The notes: generated by a model not told the origin, from the sequence alone. Shown: positions 1 through 11,038, numbered from the stretch's first letter. The stretch is 64,000 bases of DNA from Nanobdellota archaeon (GCA_021817165.1 JAKAVT010000001.1:4343-68342); one strand, 5' to 3'. Made by a program: numbers and translations.

Positions 1-90
1 TACTTTGTCAGATTTTGTCCTTTTCTTGATTTCATCAACCCACAAAATCAATGAATCTGGAAGAGAATTTATCTCATTGTTATTAAGCAT
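1..90 (-). CDS. 5' end of an unidentified gene running off the left edge (MLNNNEINSLPDSLILWVDEIKKRTKSDKV...)
   Basis: ATG at 90-88 (minus) with GGTGAT 7 nt upstream. The frame is open to position 1. It is too short to identify. Confidence 0.25.
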   Translation of the reverse strand, partial: MLNNNEINSLPDSLILWVDEIKKRTKSDKV

Positions 91-287
91 TGTTTCTATC
101 ACCTACAATATTTTCAAAAAACTTATCCATTTTAAACGTAAAAACACAGATTTAAAGACTTAAACACATTACTAATATTTATTTAATTGATTTATAGTTT
201 TTAATTGCTGATTCTGCTTTACAATAACATTTTTTGCTGTATTAACCGAGTAAAATTTAGCAATTAAATTAATTAAAAGCTTAAATA

Positions 288-1742
288 TTGAAAGTTTTCA
301 AAGGATTAAATATGGATTTCGGCAATAATGCAATGGATTCTTTGTATACGGCTAAGAAAGAGATAGAAGAGCTGATAAAAGGCAACAAAGAAAACAAAAA
401 ACTAAACGAGATAATGAAGAGCAAGGGGGCAAAACTCGAAGATGTGTTGCGTACTACGATGGAAATAGACTATGATAGACTTAACATAAATACTTCTTAC
501 TTAACTAGGGACTATCAAAGCAACCTAGTCAATCTTGTAGGCATATTTGAGGAGATAAAGGCATTTTCAGGAAGCATTTACAAAAAAATCAGATTTGATA
601 TTACCCACGATGAAAACAATGAAAGCTATTACATAAAGGCATTTGGTGACAAGGACGAAAGCCTATTCTCTTTCAGGTTAGCAAAGGGTTCAATTGATCT
701 GCAGGATGATTATAAACATGTCTTCTTATCCACAGAAATATACAAGAATTTCACGGAAAAACCGCCGTTTGCAAGGGAATTATTTTCAATAATGAACGAG
801 AAAGTCGTAATAAAAGACATAGAAAAAACGTATAAAGACCTGTTAATTGAAGGAGCTGATCCGGAAAACGCCGGCAGTTTAACAGACATGCTTAAAGGAT
901 TGGGATTGGAGGTCTACAACGGCGATGTAAACATGAAAGCCATAGGAGGGTACAACGACGTAAAGGACAGGATTGAAAGAGAGGTGTTCACTCCGTTTGC
1001 ACACAAAGACATACTTGATGAGATAAGAAAACTTACAAGAATAACAAAAAAGAACGAGACAAACAGCGCACTGTTCTACGGAGAACCTGGAACAGGCAAA
1101 ACCTTGATGGCCAGAGTAATATCAAATGAAAACAAACTGAATTTCATATACATGAACATCCCTCAGATATACTCGCATTGGTATGGAGATTCTTCAAGGA
1201 GAATGGAAGCCGCATTTGACCTTGTAAACAAATATTCAAAACAAAATGGAAAAACGGTATTATTCATAGACGAGATAGATTCTTTGGGAAACCGACTGTA
1301 CAACAGCAGCAATGAAAGCAATAAGGTATTAAATGTACTGCTTACAAGATTAAGCGGAATTAAATCCAACGACAATGAGAACCTGCTGTTAATAGGCTGT
1401 ACAAACTTACTGAATAATCTTGACTCTGCCTTAATATCAAGATTCAAGAGCAAAATCCAGTTTAGAAAACCAAATGAAGAAGACAGGATAGGTATAATTT
1501 CAACGTATTCGCAGAAACTATCTGAAAATGACATAAAATTATTTGCGAAAAATACCGACGGGCTTACTGGCAGGGACATAGAATCAATTGTTTCAATAGC
1601 GGAAGAAAACTTGGCTTATGACATCGCAAACAACAAAAAGGATTATAATCTACCAAAGATAGGAGATTACCTGCATGCCCTAAGCGTATTCAAACAGAAC
1701 TACGAGCAAGAAAGGCAGAAAACCAATGGCTTGTACAGTTAA
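288..1742 (+). CDS. Single-domain AAA+ ATPase (CDC48/FtsH-type AAA module) with unrecognised ~250-aa N-terminal region
   Basis: Walker A GEPGTGKT and Walker B LFIDEIDS, with an AAA lid region. The track start is TTG and the first ATG is at 312. Confidence 0.8.
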   Translation: MKVFKGLNMDFGNNAMDSLYTAKKEIEELIKGNKENKKLNEIMKSKGAKLEDVLRTTMEIDYDRLNINTSYLTRDYQSNLVNLVGIFEEIKAFSGSIYKKIRFDITHDENNESYYIKAFGDKDESLFSFRLAKGSIDLQDDYKHVFLSTEIYKNFTEKPPFARELFSIMNEKVVIKDIEKTYKDLLIEGADPENAGSLTDMLKGLGLEVYNGDVNMKAIGGYNDVKDRIEREVFTPFAHKDILDEIRKLTRITKKNETNSALFYGEPGTGKTLMARVISNENKLNFIYMNIPQIYSHWYGDSSRRMEAAFDLVNKYSKQNGKTVLFIDEIDSLGNRLYNSSNESNKVLNVLLTRLSGIKSNDNENLLLIGCTNLLNNLDSALISRFKSKIQFRKPNEEDRIGIISTYSQKLSENDIKLFAKNTDGLTGRDIESIVSIAEENLAYDIANNKKDYNLPKIGDYLHALSVFKQNYEQERQKTNGLYS

Positions 1743-2875
1743 TACCCTAGAAAAGCCATTTTGAATTTATTTATTTTTGAATCGTTATCTCTTTTCCAAA
1801 CCATAAACCTTCTGCATTCAGTGTCCTTAAAATTCGTCAGTTTGCTAAAATCCTGTTTCTGTGAAAGCCATACTTCAGTGCCGTAATAGATGACGGAGTT
1901 TTCCGCTTTTCCCAATTCTTTTATAACCGAATCCGTTTCACCATGCAGTATCCAGCTTATTCTCTGCATATCATGATTGTCGGCAAAAACAAACCCTTTC
2001 TTCCTCCTTTTCTCAAGTAAATCCAGCTTTAGCTTCCTGATTGCAAGATTAGAAGAAAAATCCAACGGCGTTTTAAACAATTTATCGAACGTTTTCATCG
2101 CAAGTTCCTCTGCTTTAGCATCGTTTATTTCATCCCAAGTTTTGCCGGCATTCGACCTAAATATTTCCAGGAAAGCGTTTTTCTTGGTTTCGCCCTCCAA
2201 AAACCACAATGTGTCTACGTAATTCGGGTCTATTCCGGACAGCCATATCTCTGGTAAAAAAACGAAATTTTTGTCTGCTTTTTTGCATGATTCCGTGAAA
2301 TGCCTCCAAAATTCCAAGGATGGACCGATTGCGTGATCCAACCTGTATCCGTCTATTCCAAAGTTATTTATCCAGAAAAGTGCGACTTCTGTCAAGTAAT
2401 TTATGACGTCATTGTTTTTCGTGTTTAATTTTGGCAAGCCTTTAAATCCAAGAAAAGACATGTAATTATTCTTACGGTCAAAAACAAACCATTTTCTGTA
2501 TGGACTTCTTTGATTGTTCAAAGCAGAAACAAAAAAAGGGTGTTTATATGATACGTGGTTCGCAACGAAATCCAGTATTACTTTTAATCCTATTGAATGC
2601 GCTTTATCAACCAGCTTCTTAAATATCTCATTTGAGCCAAAATGCCTGTCAATGGAATAAAAATCCATCGTGGAGTAACCGTGGTAATCAGAAGCCGAAA
2701 ATATGGGAGTAAGCCATACTGCATCAAAACCCATGTTTTTTATGTATCCTAGTTTGCTTATAACACCATTAAGATTTCCGCCCATCCAAGTTTTGGAGGT
2801 TTTAAGGGCAAGCCTTGCGTCCTTTTGCGCATTATCTGTTGAAAATCTGTCTACAAATATCTGATAAACTTTCAT
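1739..2875 (-). CDS. GH13 alpha-amylase-family glycoside hydrolase (cytoplasmic, compact)
   Basis: All four GH13 conserved regions are present: DFVANH, GYRLDHA, LPEIW, ADNHD. There is no signal peptide. Confidence 0.85.
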   Translation of the reverse strand: MKVYQIFVDRFSTDNAQKDARLALKTSKTWMGGNLNGVISKLGYIKNMGFDAVWLTPIFSASDYHGYSTMDFYSIDRHFGSNEIFKKLVDKAHSIGLKVILDFVANHVSYKHPFFVSALNNQRSPYRKWFVFDRKNNYMSFLGFKGLPKLNTKNNDVINYLTEVALFWINNFGIDGYRLDHAIGPSLEFWRHFTESCKKADKNFVFLPEIWLSGIDPNYVDTLWFLEGETKKNAFLEIFRSNAGKTWDEINDAKAEELAMKTFDKLFKTPLDFSSNLAIRKLKLDLLEKRRKKGFVFADNHDMQRISWILHGETDSVIKELGKAENSVIYYGTEVWLSQKQDFSKLTNFKDTECRRFMVWKRDNDSKINKFKMAFLGY

Positions 2876-2948
2876 GTTATTAAGTATTATACAATTTTTA
2901 TAAATTTAAATGCTAAAAAGATATATATCAGTAAGTGCAAGATAAAAT

Positions 2949-4025
2949 ATGGTAAGCGTATCTTTAAAGGGGATATATAAATCATTTAAGAGAAAGAAAA
3001 AAATTGTTGAAGTTTTAAAGGGAGTAGACCTAGAAATCCCCGATGGAAAGTTTACCGTCATACTTGCTCCTTCTGGAGAAGGAAAAACTACATTGATACG
3101 GATAATAGCTGGCTTGGAGAAACAGGACAAAGGAGATGTCTATATTGGAAATAAAATTGTAAATGATACTCCTCCGAAAGATAGAAACCTAGCAATGGTT
3201 TTCCAGAATTATGCTATCTACCCATTTATGGACGTATACAACAACATAGCATTTCCATTGAAAATAATGCACATGAAAAAAGATGAAATGGACAAGAAGG
3301 TAAAGGAAACCGCAAAAATGCTGCAGATAGACGAATTGCTTGACAGGAGGCCTTCCCAGCTTTCTGGTGGTCAAAGACAGAGGGTAGCGATTGCAAGGGC
3401 CCTTGTAAAGGGGGCGAACCTGCTTTTACTCGACGAACCTCTTTCAAACCTTGACGCACAGTTGAGAACGGTAGCCAGGGCAGAATTGAAGCAGCTGCAG
3501 AAAAGGCTGCATATAACGGTTGTGTACGTAACGCATGATCAAGTAGAAGCAATGGTCTTGGCAGACCAGGTGGCTGTTCTGCATAGCGGAAAAATAGAAG
3601 CTGTAGACAATCCTATGGTTCTTTATAGAAGACCTAAAGACACCTGGGTTGCAGGTTTTATAGGCAATCCTCCAATGAACCTAATTGATGGAGAACTTAT
3701 TGACGAAAAAACGTTTTCATTTGAAGGATATAAAATTAAGATACCTACGGATATTTCGAAGAGACTTAAAATAGGAAAGGGCAAAGCTACCTTAGGCATA
3801 AGGCCTGAGGACATAAAAGTAGGAGAAGGAAACGTCAAAGCCGTTGTAAACCTCATAGAACCGCTCGGCTCTCAGACGCTTTTGCGCGTTGTTATTGGAA
3901 AAACAACGCTTAATGTAATAATATTTCAAACACATACTATAGAATTGAACAAAGAGATGACATTAGACCTAGCAAGCGACAATCTAACTATATTTGATAA
4001 AAACGGGCAAAACGCAGAGAAATAA
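2949..4025 (+). CDS. Sugar ABC transporter ATP-binding protein (MalK/UgpC type)
   Basis: Walker A PSGEGKTT, signature LSGGQRQR, Walker B LLLDEP, and a C-terminal MalK-like regulatory domain. Confidence 0.9.
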   Translation: MVSVSLKGIYKSFKRKKKIVEVLKGVDLEIPDGKFTVILAPSGEGKTTLIRIIAGLEKQDKGDVYIGNKIVNDTPPKDRNLAMVFQNYAIYPFMDVYNNIAFPLKIMHMKKDEMDKKVKETAKMLQIDELLDRRPSQLSGGQRQRVAIARALVKGANLLLLDEPLSNLDAQLRTVARAELKQLQKRLHITVVYVTHDQVEAMVLADQVAVLHSGKIEAVDNPMVLYRRPKDTWVAGFIGNPPMNLIDGELIDEKTFSFEGYKIKIPTDISKRLKIGKGKATLGIRPEDIKVGEGNVKAVVNLIEPLGSQTLLRVVIGKTTLNVIIFQTHTIELNKEMTLDLASDNLTIFDKNGQNAEK

Positions 4026-4026
4026 C

Positions 4027-5805
4027 TCATTTATAGCCTAACGCCGTAATAACGTACATACCTGATGACCATGTAAGCGGAGAAGTAGTCTGCAACGGAT
4101 TACCATAATTTGGATCTATGGCTTCCGGGAGCAAAAAATTCTGAGAATGCTGTATTGACCATTTCATAAGATTAAACGCACCAGTGTAGTTTCCATCCCT
4201 TTCATCGTAATAAGCCAAAAACAACGTGGTTATAATCCATGGAGGCATAGGCCCAGAGCTGTCGCGCAATGAAAGGGTATAATGATAAGTATCTCCTGTA
4301 AACCTTGCCAGCCCTCCTTCTATATCCAATGAAGCTATCATCGCTGTTACATCATTTTTTGCCTGAACGGAATTTAATGGAATTAAACCAAAAGCTATCG
4401 GTAGGATAGAGGATGAATCTGCTATCATAGTTGGCGTAAATACCAGCTGTCCAGTTCCATTTACATAAAGTTCTGCAGGAGTAACGTACTCTCCGTAGAA
4501 ACTGCCGTTATAGAAATCGCTTTCTATAGTATTATTAAGAATATTGGCATAACTGCTAATTCCGCTGCTGTTCTTATTCAAGGAATTGAAAAGCGCAGCG
4601 GAATCATGCATTCCAATAAAATCAATTGCCTGCGTCCAGAAATTATATGCCATAACGTCTTCCCATATACTCAGGTCCTGCGGCAGAATCTTGCTTTTGT
4701 TTATGTTTGACTCTTCCCATTGCAGCGACTTGTTCATCGCAGGCAGAAACTGCATTATTGACGTAGAATTATGCGTTATGTTATAAAGAGAGGAAATGCC
4801 TATTTGGAAAAGGCCAACGCTGTCATATTCCGGTATTCCATAAGAAGTGTCTGGAGCTGAAGTCCAAAAATTATATCTCGTGTACCACGTTCCATCAGTT
4901 TGCTGCACGCTGGCCATCCAATCCCAGTATTTTTCGGCAGAGGCTATGTGCCCTGCGTCTTGCAGAGCCATTGCGGCAAACGAACCGTCTCTTACCCATG
5001 CATAAAGATATATCGGTGAAGGAGAAGCTGCAAACTCCCCTGTTATAGGATTTTGATTGTCTTTTAGAAGCAATAAAGAGGTGTAATACTCTTTAAGAAA
5101 GCTTCCTCCCATACTTATGTTGTTTGAGTTATCAAGCCATCTCTTTACGTATATGCCATTTGAAAAAAGCAAATCTGATATGTTTGTCTTGTTAATTTGT
5201 GAAAAAGAGATGTCAACATACATGTTTCCTTTGTTATCGATGCTTACATCCGTATAATTTACGTTTGCTGACACATTAAATACAGAACCAGGTGAATATA
5301 TGTAAATTTTAGGATTATTCCCGACAATGAGGGTGCCATTTACAAGCGAATATGCATTCATTCCTGTTAATTGAAAAAGAAAAGTATCTGCACTTGTTGA
5401 ATTCTGCTCTATAATTATAGAATTCGAGCCAAAGGGAGTAGAGATTAAATCCGTCGAATTGCTTCTTTTTAATATTATTTCATTGTCTAGATTAAGAGTA
5501 ACATTCTTTGTGCTGCTTCCAAAAAAATAAAGTTTATCCTTTAGAAGGCCATACTTACCAACCATGATGTCAGCTATAAATGGTTGGCCGGATAAGCCTA
5601 CTTCGCTGTTATTTATGCCGGTATAAATAAAGATAGAGTTATTTACCCAATTGCTTAAAAGCAGAGAAGATACGGAACTGTTGTAAGTGCTTACGTTGTA
5701 GTCTATTAAATTTTTAGGCTTCTGGATGAAAAAAAAGGTAAGGATAAAGATTACCGCTATCAAAATAACTAAAAAAACAACGTAAATGTATTCTTTTCTC
5801 GCCAT
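4027..5805 (-). CDS. Membrane-anchored extracellular GH15 glucoamylase-family enzyme
   Basis: N-terminal TM anchor, many N-x-S/T sequons, and a C-terminal GH15-like region including YAWVRDGSF. Confidence 0.7.
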   Translation of the reverse strand: MARKEYIYVVFLVILIAVIFILTFFFIQKPKNLIDYNVSTYNSSVSSLLLSNWVNNSIFIYTGINNSEVGLSGQPFIADIMVGKYGLLKDKLYFFGSSTKNVTLNLDNEIILKRSNSTDLISTPFGSNSIIIEQNSTSADTFLFQLTGMNAYSLVNGTLIVGNNPKIYIYSPGSVFNVSANVNYTDVSIDNKGNMYVDISFSQINKTNISDLLFSNGIYVKRWLDNSNNISMGGSFLKEYYTSLLLLKDNQNPITGEFAASPSPIYLYAWVRDGSFAAMALQDAGHIASAEKYWDWMASVQQTDGTWYTRYNFWTSAPDTSYGIPEYDSVGLFQIGISSLYNITHNSTSIMQFLPAMNKSLQWEESNINKSKILPQDLSIWEDVMAYNFWTQAIDFIGMHDSAALFNSLNKNSSGISSYANILNNTIESDFYNGSFYGEYVTPAELYVNGTGQLVFTPTMIADSSSILPIAFGLIPLNSVQAKNDVTAMIASLDIEGGLARFTGDTYHYTLSLRDSSGPMPPWIITTLFLAYYDERDGNYTGAFNLMKWSIQHSQNFLLPEAIDPNYGNPLQTTSPLTWSSGMYVITALGYK

Positions 5806-6675
5806 TTATTTAGTACCGCTCATTGTATACATCTGTGTAAGATATTTCTGGAATATTATGTAAAATGCTACAATTGGAAGACCCATAAGAAGAGAAAACG
5901 CCGAAAAAACGTTTAAGTTGACTGCCCCTACTGCGGAAGTCCCTCCCAAAGCAGAAACATGATAAAGACCCAACATCAGAGTATAAAGCGATCCCTTGCT
6001 AACAAATACGTTAATGACAGCATAATCAGTGTAAGCGCCTATGAAGGCCAAAAGAGCAATAAAGATTACGACGGGCCTTGCTATCCTAAAAAGTATGGTA
6101 AAGAATGCCTTGAATCTACTTTGACCATCGACCATGGCAGCTTCTTCGTATTCTTTTGGTATACTGTCTATAAATATTTTAGACATGTATGCGCCGAAGA
6201 TTGCGGTACCACTCGCGTATATAAGAATAAGCCCGACATAATTATTTGTAAGCCCCAATGTTGAAAAGCTTAGGAAAAGAGGAATAACTATGGATGTAAA
6301 CGGGAAAAACGTCAAGATATAAAGGAAAACAATAAGCGATTTCTTACCTGATATATTAAGTCTCGACAACGCCACTCCCGATACGAAAGCTACTGTTACG
6401 GCAACTGCTAATGTTCCTACAGCTAGCACAAGGCTGTTTCTTAGCCAAAGCATAAACTGGCTGTTAAACACATATTGGTAGGCAGAAAGGGTAAAGTTCG
6501 ATAAACTCGGTATAAGGCTGCCTATAGTCAAATTAGATATTGAAGAAAGTTTGCTAAATGAGGTCAAGACAATGTAATAAAGCGGGAAGATAGCAAATAA
6601 AACGACTAACCCGATGATTATGTATGAGATAGTCCACCTTAGTATATCAAAAACCTTGTATTTGTTTATGTTCAT
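5806..6675 (-). CDS. Sugar ABC transporter permease (MalG-like)
   Basis: Multi-TM protein with EAA-type loop EEAAMVDGQSRFKAFF, located in the ABC operon. Confidence 0.85.
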   Translation of the reverse strand: MNINKYKVFDILRWTISYIIIGLVVLFAIFPLYYIVLTSFSKLSSISNLTIGSLIPSLSNFTLSAYQYVFNSQFMLWLRNSLVLAVGTLAVAVTVAFVSGVALSRLNISGKKSLIVFLYILTFFPFTSIVIPLFLSFSTLGLTNNYVGLILIYASGTAIFGAYMSKIFIDSIPKEYEEAAMVDGQSRFKAFFTILFRIARPVVIFIALLAFIGAYTDYAVINVFVSKGSLYTLMLGLYHVSALGGTSAVGAVNLNVFSAFSLLMGLPIVAFYIIFQKYLTQMYTMSGTK

Positions 6676-6682
6676 AATTACC

Positions 6683-7591
6683 TCATGTTAGCATGTCCAA
6701 AACCTTTGTGTACTTTAACATAACTATCGCCATCACTGCAAGTATTATGATTGAAACCACTGAAAATGCGGAGCCTAAAGCATAATTGTAGAAATCAAAT
6801 GCCTGATTATATGCGTATACTGTCAGAGAATAAGTACTCGTTCCTGGACCGCCGCCAGTCAATATATATATGGGATAAAAGTTATTCCAAGTGAATATAA
6901 AACCGCTGATTGCTGCAAACGCTATCGCCCCTTTTATTGCCGGCCAAGTAACTTTACTAAACCTCTGAAACATGTTTGCTCCATCCACTTTTGCAGCTTC
7001 ATGAAACTCTTCGGGTATGCTTTGCATTGATGAAAGAAAAAAAGTAGTGTAATACGAAAAGGAAAGCCAAAGATTTGTAACTATTAATGCTATCCATGCA
7101 GGCACTGTTTTAAACAGCCAATTTATCTGATGGATGCCAAATAAGCCCAAAAATTGATTTATTATACCGAAATGCGTGTTCCACATGTCTGCCCATATTA
7201 ACAAAGAAATGAATGCGGGGAATGCCCACGGCAACAATATAAGAGTAAACAATGGTCCTTTCGCTTTGAAGCCCTTTTGATTAAGTATATTTGCAACCAG
7301 TAAGCCCAAAAGAACCATCGGAACCAAACTGCCTACAGTCCATATCAACGTTTGCAGTATTATTGGATAGATCAAACCGCTTTTAAATAAAAGCGCATAA
7401 TTAGTGAAGCCTACAACAGTTGCATTAAAAAAGTGGGTCAAACTGAAGTTGGTAAAAGAAATGTAGATACCATAAGCTATGGGATATAAAAAGACAAAAA
7501 GTATCAATGCGATTATTGGCAGGAGATAGAGATAATTTATGGATTGCAAACCAAGTTTTCTTAAAAACTTGTTTTTGATTTCTATCTGCAT
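6683..7591 (-). CDS. Sugar ABC transporter permease (MalF-like)
   Basis: Multi-TM protein with EAA-type loop EAAKVDGANMFQRF, adjacent to the second permease. Confidence 0.85.
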   Translation of the reverse strand: MQIEIKNKFLRKLGLQSINYLYLLPIIALILFVFLYPIAYGIYISFTNFSLTHFFNATVVGFTNYALLFKSGLIYPIILQTLIWTVGSLVPMVLLGLLVANILNQKGFKAKGPLFTLILLPWAFPAFISLLIWADMWNTHFGIINQFLGLFGIHQINWLFKTVPAWIALIVTNLWLSFSYYTTFFLSSMQSIPEEFHEAAKVDGANMFQRFSKVTWPAIKGAIAFAAISGFIFTWNNFYPIYILTGGGPGTSTYSLTVYAYNQAFDFYNYALGSAFSVVSIIILAVMAIVMLKYTKVLDMLT

Positions 7592-7785
7592 TTAATTAAT
7601 GAAATTTTTATAAATTTATAGCTTTTGCCCGCATTTTTTCCTTCCTTTTCATAGTTTTTCATCTTTCCCTTTAGAATCCCGATTTAATGAAGCACGCTCA
7701 AGAACCTATAAATTTATAACGATAAATTAATTCAGTAAATAAAATAATCCAAAAAAAACAAAATCATTAACGAAGTAATTAATGT

Positions 7786-9171
7786 TTAACTGCAAACACC
7801 TAAAACATTTGTAGAATTACTTGATATGAATGCTTGAAGACAAGCAGCGACATCAGGTGCTGTTATCGTCCTATTAGTATAATACAAACCCAATTCAGCA
7901 TGGGCATCCGCTACGCCACTGTACCAGTAATTCATCTGTGGAGTACTAGGAGTTGGAGAGGTATGACCGTTCTCCTGTTCAAGTATCCCTTTTTCTATAG
8001 GACTAAACTCAGTTGCAGTTAAATTCTCAGCAGCTGCGAACGCTGGATCAAGAGTATTTATATTCGCATCCGAAATCAAACTATTCAATGCGGCGCTATC
8101 TGAAGGTAAATCTCCGGTACCATTATACATCAGAAGCTCTACTTGTGGTGATGCTAAGAATTGTGCAAATATGGTTGAGGCGTTGAGTTGCGCTGCCGTT
8201 GCACCGCTTGCTGCAGTTGATGAAACAGCTATTCCCTCAGAACCTATTAAAGGTGCAAAGTATAAACCTGTCGAGGAAAGTTGTGGAAGCGGAGCCGTAC
8301 CAAGATTGCTACCTAATGCTTTAACATAAGGAACGAGATCCCAAGGACCATCAAATATAACGGCTGCTTTTCCAGACTCGAACAAGGATCCCTCTAAACC
8401 ACCTGCTCCTGCTACGCCACTGCCTGAACCTAAAGGTGCATTTATGTGATCAACGTAAGTTAAATTATACCAAAACTCTAGGGCATTTATCATTGCAGAA
8501 TTGTTAAGCGTAACTGCACCCGTTGTTTTACCCGCGAATATATAAGTACCAAAGCCAGGCAGCCAAGCAGCAAATCTATAACCATAATCTGCACCCATGC
8601 CATAAGCTATGCCCCAAACGCCTGTTTTATTTATAGCCTGTAATTGTGAAATCAACGCATTTGTATTGTTAGCTATTCCGTTAGGGAAAAACTTCTTGTT
8701 ATAGTACATTAATATGGAATTTTCATTAACCGGCAAACCAAACATTGCATTTCCAGAGCTCTCTGCTGCAACTGTACCGCTGGTAAATTGATTGAAGTAA
8801 GATGCATTCGAAATATAATTCTTAAGATTTACTATGAAACCGCCTGCGTAAAGCAATCCTTCATCATTGCTTGAATCGTAATATACATTAGGAGCCTTGT
8901 GAGATGCTGCGTCCGTTTCGAAATTAGGGGTTGAAAGACTTACATTTGTAACTTCAACCTTAATGTTAGGATATGCCCGCTCGAACATTGGTAAAATTTT
9001 ACCATAAAAGACGGCGGATTCTTCTGGACTATACGCCTGCCAATAAGTTATAGTGACTGAAGAAGGTGTAGTAACCTTTACAGAAGAAGGATGATAAGTA
9101 GCTGCTACCACTGCAATTATTATAACGATTACAACAACGGCAATTATCACGCCAATTATTGAACTCTTCAT
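7786..9171 (-). CDS. Extracellular sugar-binding protein of the ABC importer
   Basis: N-terminal hydrophobic anchor IIGVIIAVVVIVIIIAVVAA. Its size and its position upstream of the permeases fit a binding protein. Confidence 0.7.
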   Translation of the reverse strand: MKSSIIGVIIAVVVIVIIIAVVAATYHPSSVKVTTPSSVTITYWQAYSPEESAVFYGKILPMFERAYPNIKVEVTNVSLSTPNFETDAASHKAPNVYYDSSNDEGLLYAGGFIVNLKNYISNASYFNQFTSGTVAAESSGNAMFGLPVNENSILMYYNKKFFPNGIANNTNALISQLQAINKTGVWGIAYGMGADYGYRFAAWLPGFGTYIFAGKTTGAVTLNNSAMINALEFWYNLTYVDHINAPLGSGSGVAGAGGLEGSLFESGKAAVIFDGPWDLVPYVKALGSNLGTAPLPQLSSTGLYFAPLIGSEGIAVSSTAASGATAAQLNASTIFAQFLASPQVELLMYNGTGDLPSDSAALNSLISDANINTLDPAFAAAENLTATEFSPIEKGILEQENGHTSPTPSTPQMNYWYSGVADAHAELGLYYTNRTITAPDVAACLQAFISSNSTNVLGVCS

Positions 9172-9256
9172 ACTTGGTTAGAAAAATTCATAGTATTTAA
9201 AGCTTGCTATTAGTAATAAAATAACTTATATATTGTAAAAATATTTAGAATAGTAC

Positions 9257-11038
9257 ATGAAAACATTGCATTATGCTTCAAAAGTAATCCACAAAATAAA
9301 GATAAATTCCTACGAACCGGTTATAGATTTTAATTTTGACGGAAAGCAAGTAAAAGAACCTAAATCAGATAAAATAAAAATAGACGGACAAGAAATAAGA
9401 ATAAAAGAGACTGCTGATGGATTGGAGATAAGCAAAGCTCTTGACATCAATGAACACATTCTCGGCTTAGGAGAAAAGGCCTTTGAATTGGATAGAAGAA
9501 GAACTAAATTAACAATGTGGAATACTGACGCATATGCATACAGGCAGTATACTGACCCGTTATACGTGTCTATCCCATTTTTCATAGACATAGCAAAAGA
9601 CAGCAAGCTGGGCATATTTGTAAATTACACTGGAAAATTGATTTTTGACATCGGCATAGAAAAATACGACGAAATAAAGATAAAAGTGCCGAATAGCTCT
9701 GTTGAATTTTTTATAATAAGCGGTAAGAACATAAAAGAGATAATAAGAGATTTTGTTAAGCTCACAGGCATGCCGTTTAAAATACCGGAATGGGCTTTGG
9801 GCCATTCAATATCAAGGTATAGTTATTTCCCACAGGAAAAAGTGATAGAAGTATTGAAAGAATATAAAAAATACACTGAAGTAGGTGCACTGTACCTGGA
9901 CATAGACTACATGAATAAAAACAAAATATTCGAGTGGAATAAAGATTATTTCCCGAATCCGAAAAAGATGATTAATGAGATACACAAGATGGGAACGAAA
10001 GTAGTTACGATAGTTGATCCTGCAGTAATTGCGGATCAAAATGACAAAACATTCATCAGCGGGATTGGGAAATATTGCGAGACGAAGAAACATGAGCTTT
10101 ACACTGCAGACATGTGGGCTGGCAAGTCTGTATTCCCGGATTTTTTGAATGAAGAAGCCAGAAAATGGTGGACGGCCACGATAAAAAAGTGGATAAATAC
10201 CTATAATATAGACGGAATATGGCTCGACATGAACGAACCGGCGGCATTTACGCAGACGAAGACTCTGGATGACGACGTATTGCACAGGAAAAACAACAAG
10301 AAAGTCGTAAAGCACGGCGAATTTCACAATGCATACTCATATTTCGAGGCAATGGCCACGTATGCTGCGATTAAAAATGGCTTTATTCTTTCACGAGCAG
10401 GCTATGCGGGAATACAAAGATATGCGGCTATATGGAGTGGTGATTCCGTTTCATCTTGGGAAGATATGAAAATACAGATACCTTTGTTGTTAAGTTTGAG
10501 CGTTTCTGGAATACCGTATGTTGGCTGTGATATCGGTGGATTCGTAGGAAGGAGCGATCCTGAATTGCTGGCTAGGTATTATCAGATGTCGGCGTTCTTT
10601 CCCATATTCAGAAACCACAAAAATAGGGACGGGAACGATCAGGAGATATACGATATAGAAGAAGAACAAAGAGAGAGGATAAAGAAGACTATAGATACGC
10701 GTTACTTGTTCATGGATTACATAAAAGAGCTTGCAGACAATGCACATAAATACGGTGATCCAATAATAAGGCCGTTGCTATATGAATTCGAATCGGATGA
10801 AAACGCTTACAACATAAATGACGAATACATGGTTGGAGAACACATATTATACGCCCCTATACTGGAAAAAGAGAAAGATAGCAGGGAGGTTTACCTGCCC
10901 AACGACAAATGGCTGGAATTTAACAGTGGCGTTGAATTTCAGGGCCCATGCCATGTCAAGTCTACAAGCGACATGCCTATCTTCATAAGAAAGGGCACAA
11001 ATATAAAATTGGCAGACAAAAGAACAGTCAGATACTAA
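9257..11038 (+). CDS. GH31 alpha-glucosidase
   Basis: Nucleophile motif GIWLDMNEP and the WSGD motif (IWSGDS). Confidence 0.85.
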   Translation: MKTLHYASKVIHKIKINSYEPVIDFNFDGKQVKEPKSDKIKIDGQEIRIKETADGLEISKALDINEHILGLGEKAFELDRRRTKLTMWNTDAYAYRQYTDPLYVSIPFFIDIAKDSKLGIFVNYTGKLIFDIGIEKYDEIKIKVPNSSVEFFIISGKNIKEIIRDFVKLTGMPFKIPEWALGHSISRYSYFPQEKVIEVLKEYKKYTEVGALYLDIDYMNKNKIFEWNKDYFPNPKKMINEIHKMGTKVVTIVDPAVIADQNDKTFISGIGKYCETKKHELYTADMWAGKSVFPDFLNEEARKWWTATIKKWINTYNIDGIWLDMNEPAAFTQTKTLDDDVLHRKNNKKVVKHGEFHNAYSYFEAMATYAAIKNGFILSRAGYAGIQRYAAIWSGDSVSSWEDMKIQIPLLLSLSVSGIPYVGCDIGGFVGRSDPELLARYYQMSAFFPIFRNHKNRDGNDQEIYDIEEEQRERIKKTIDTRYLFMDYIKELADNAHKYGDPIIRPLLYEFESDENAYNINDEYMVGEHILYAPILEKEKDSREVYLPNDKWLEFNSGVEFQGPCHVKSTSDMPIFIRKGTNIKLADKRTVRY

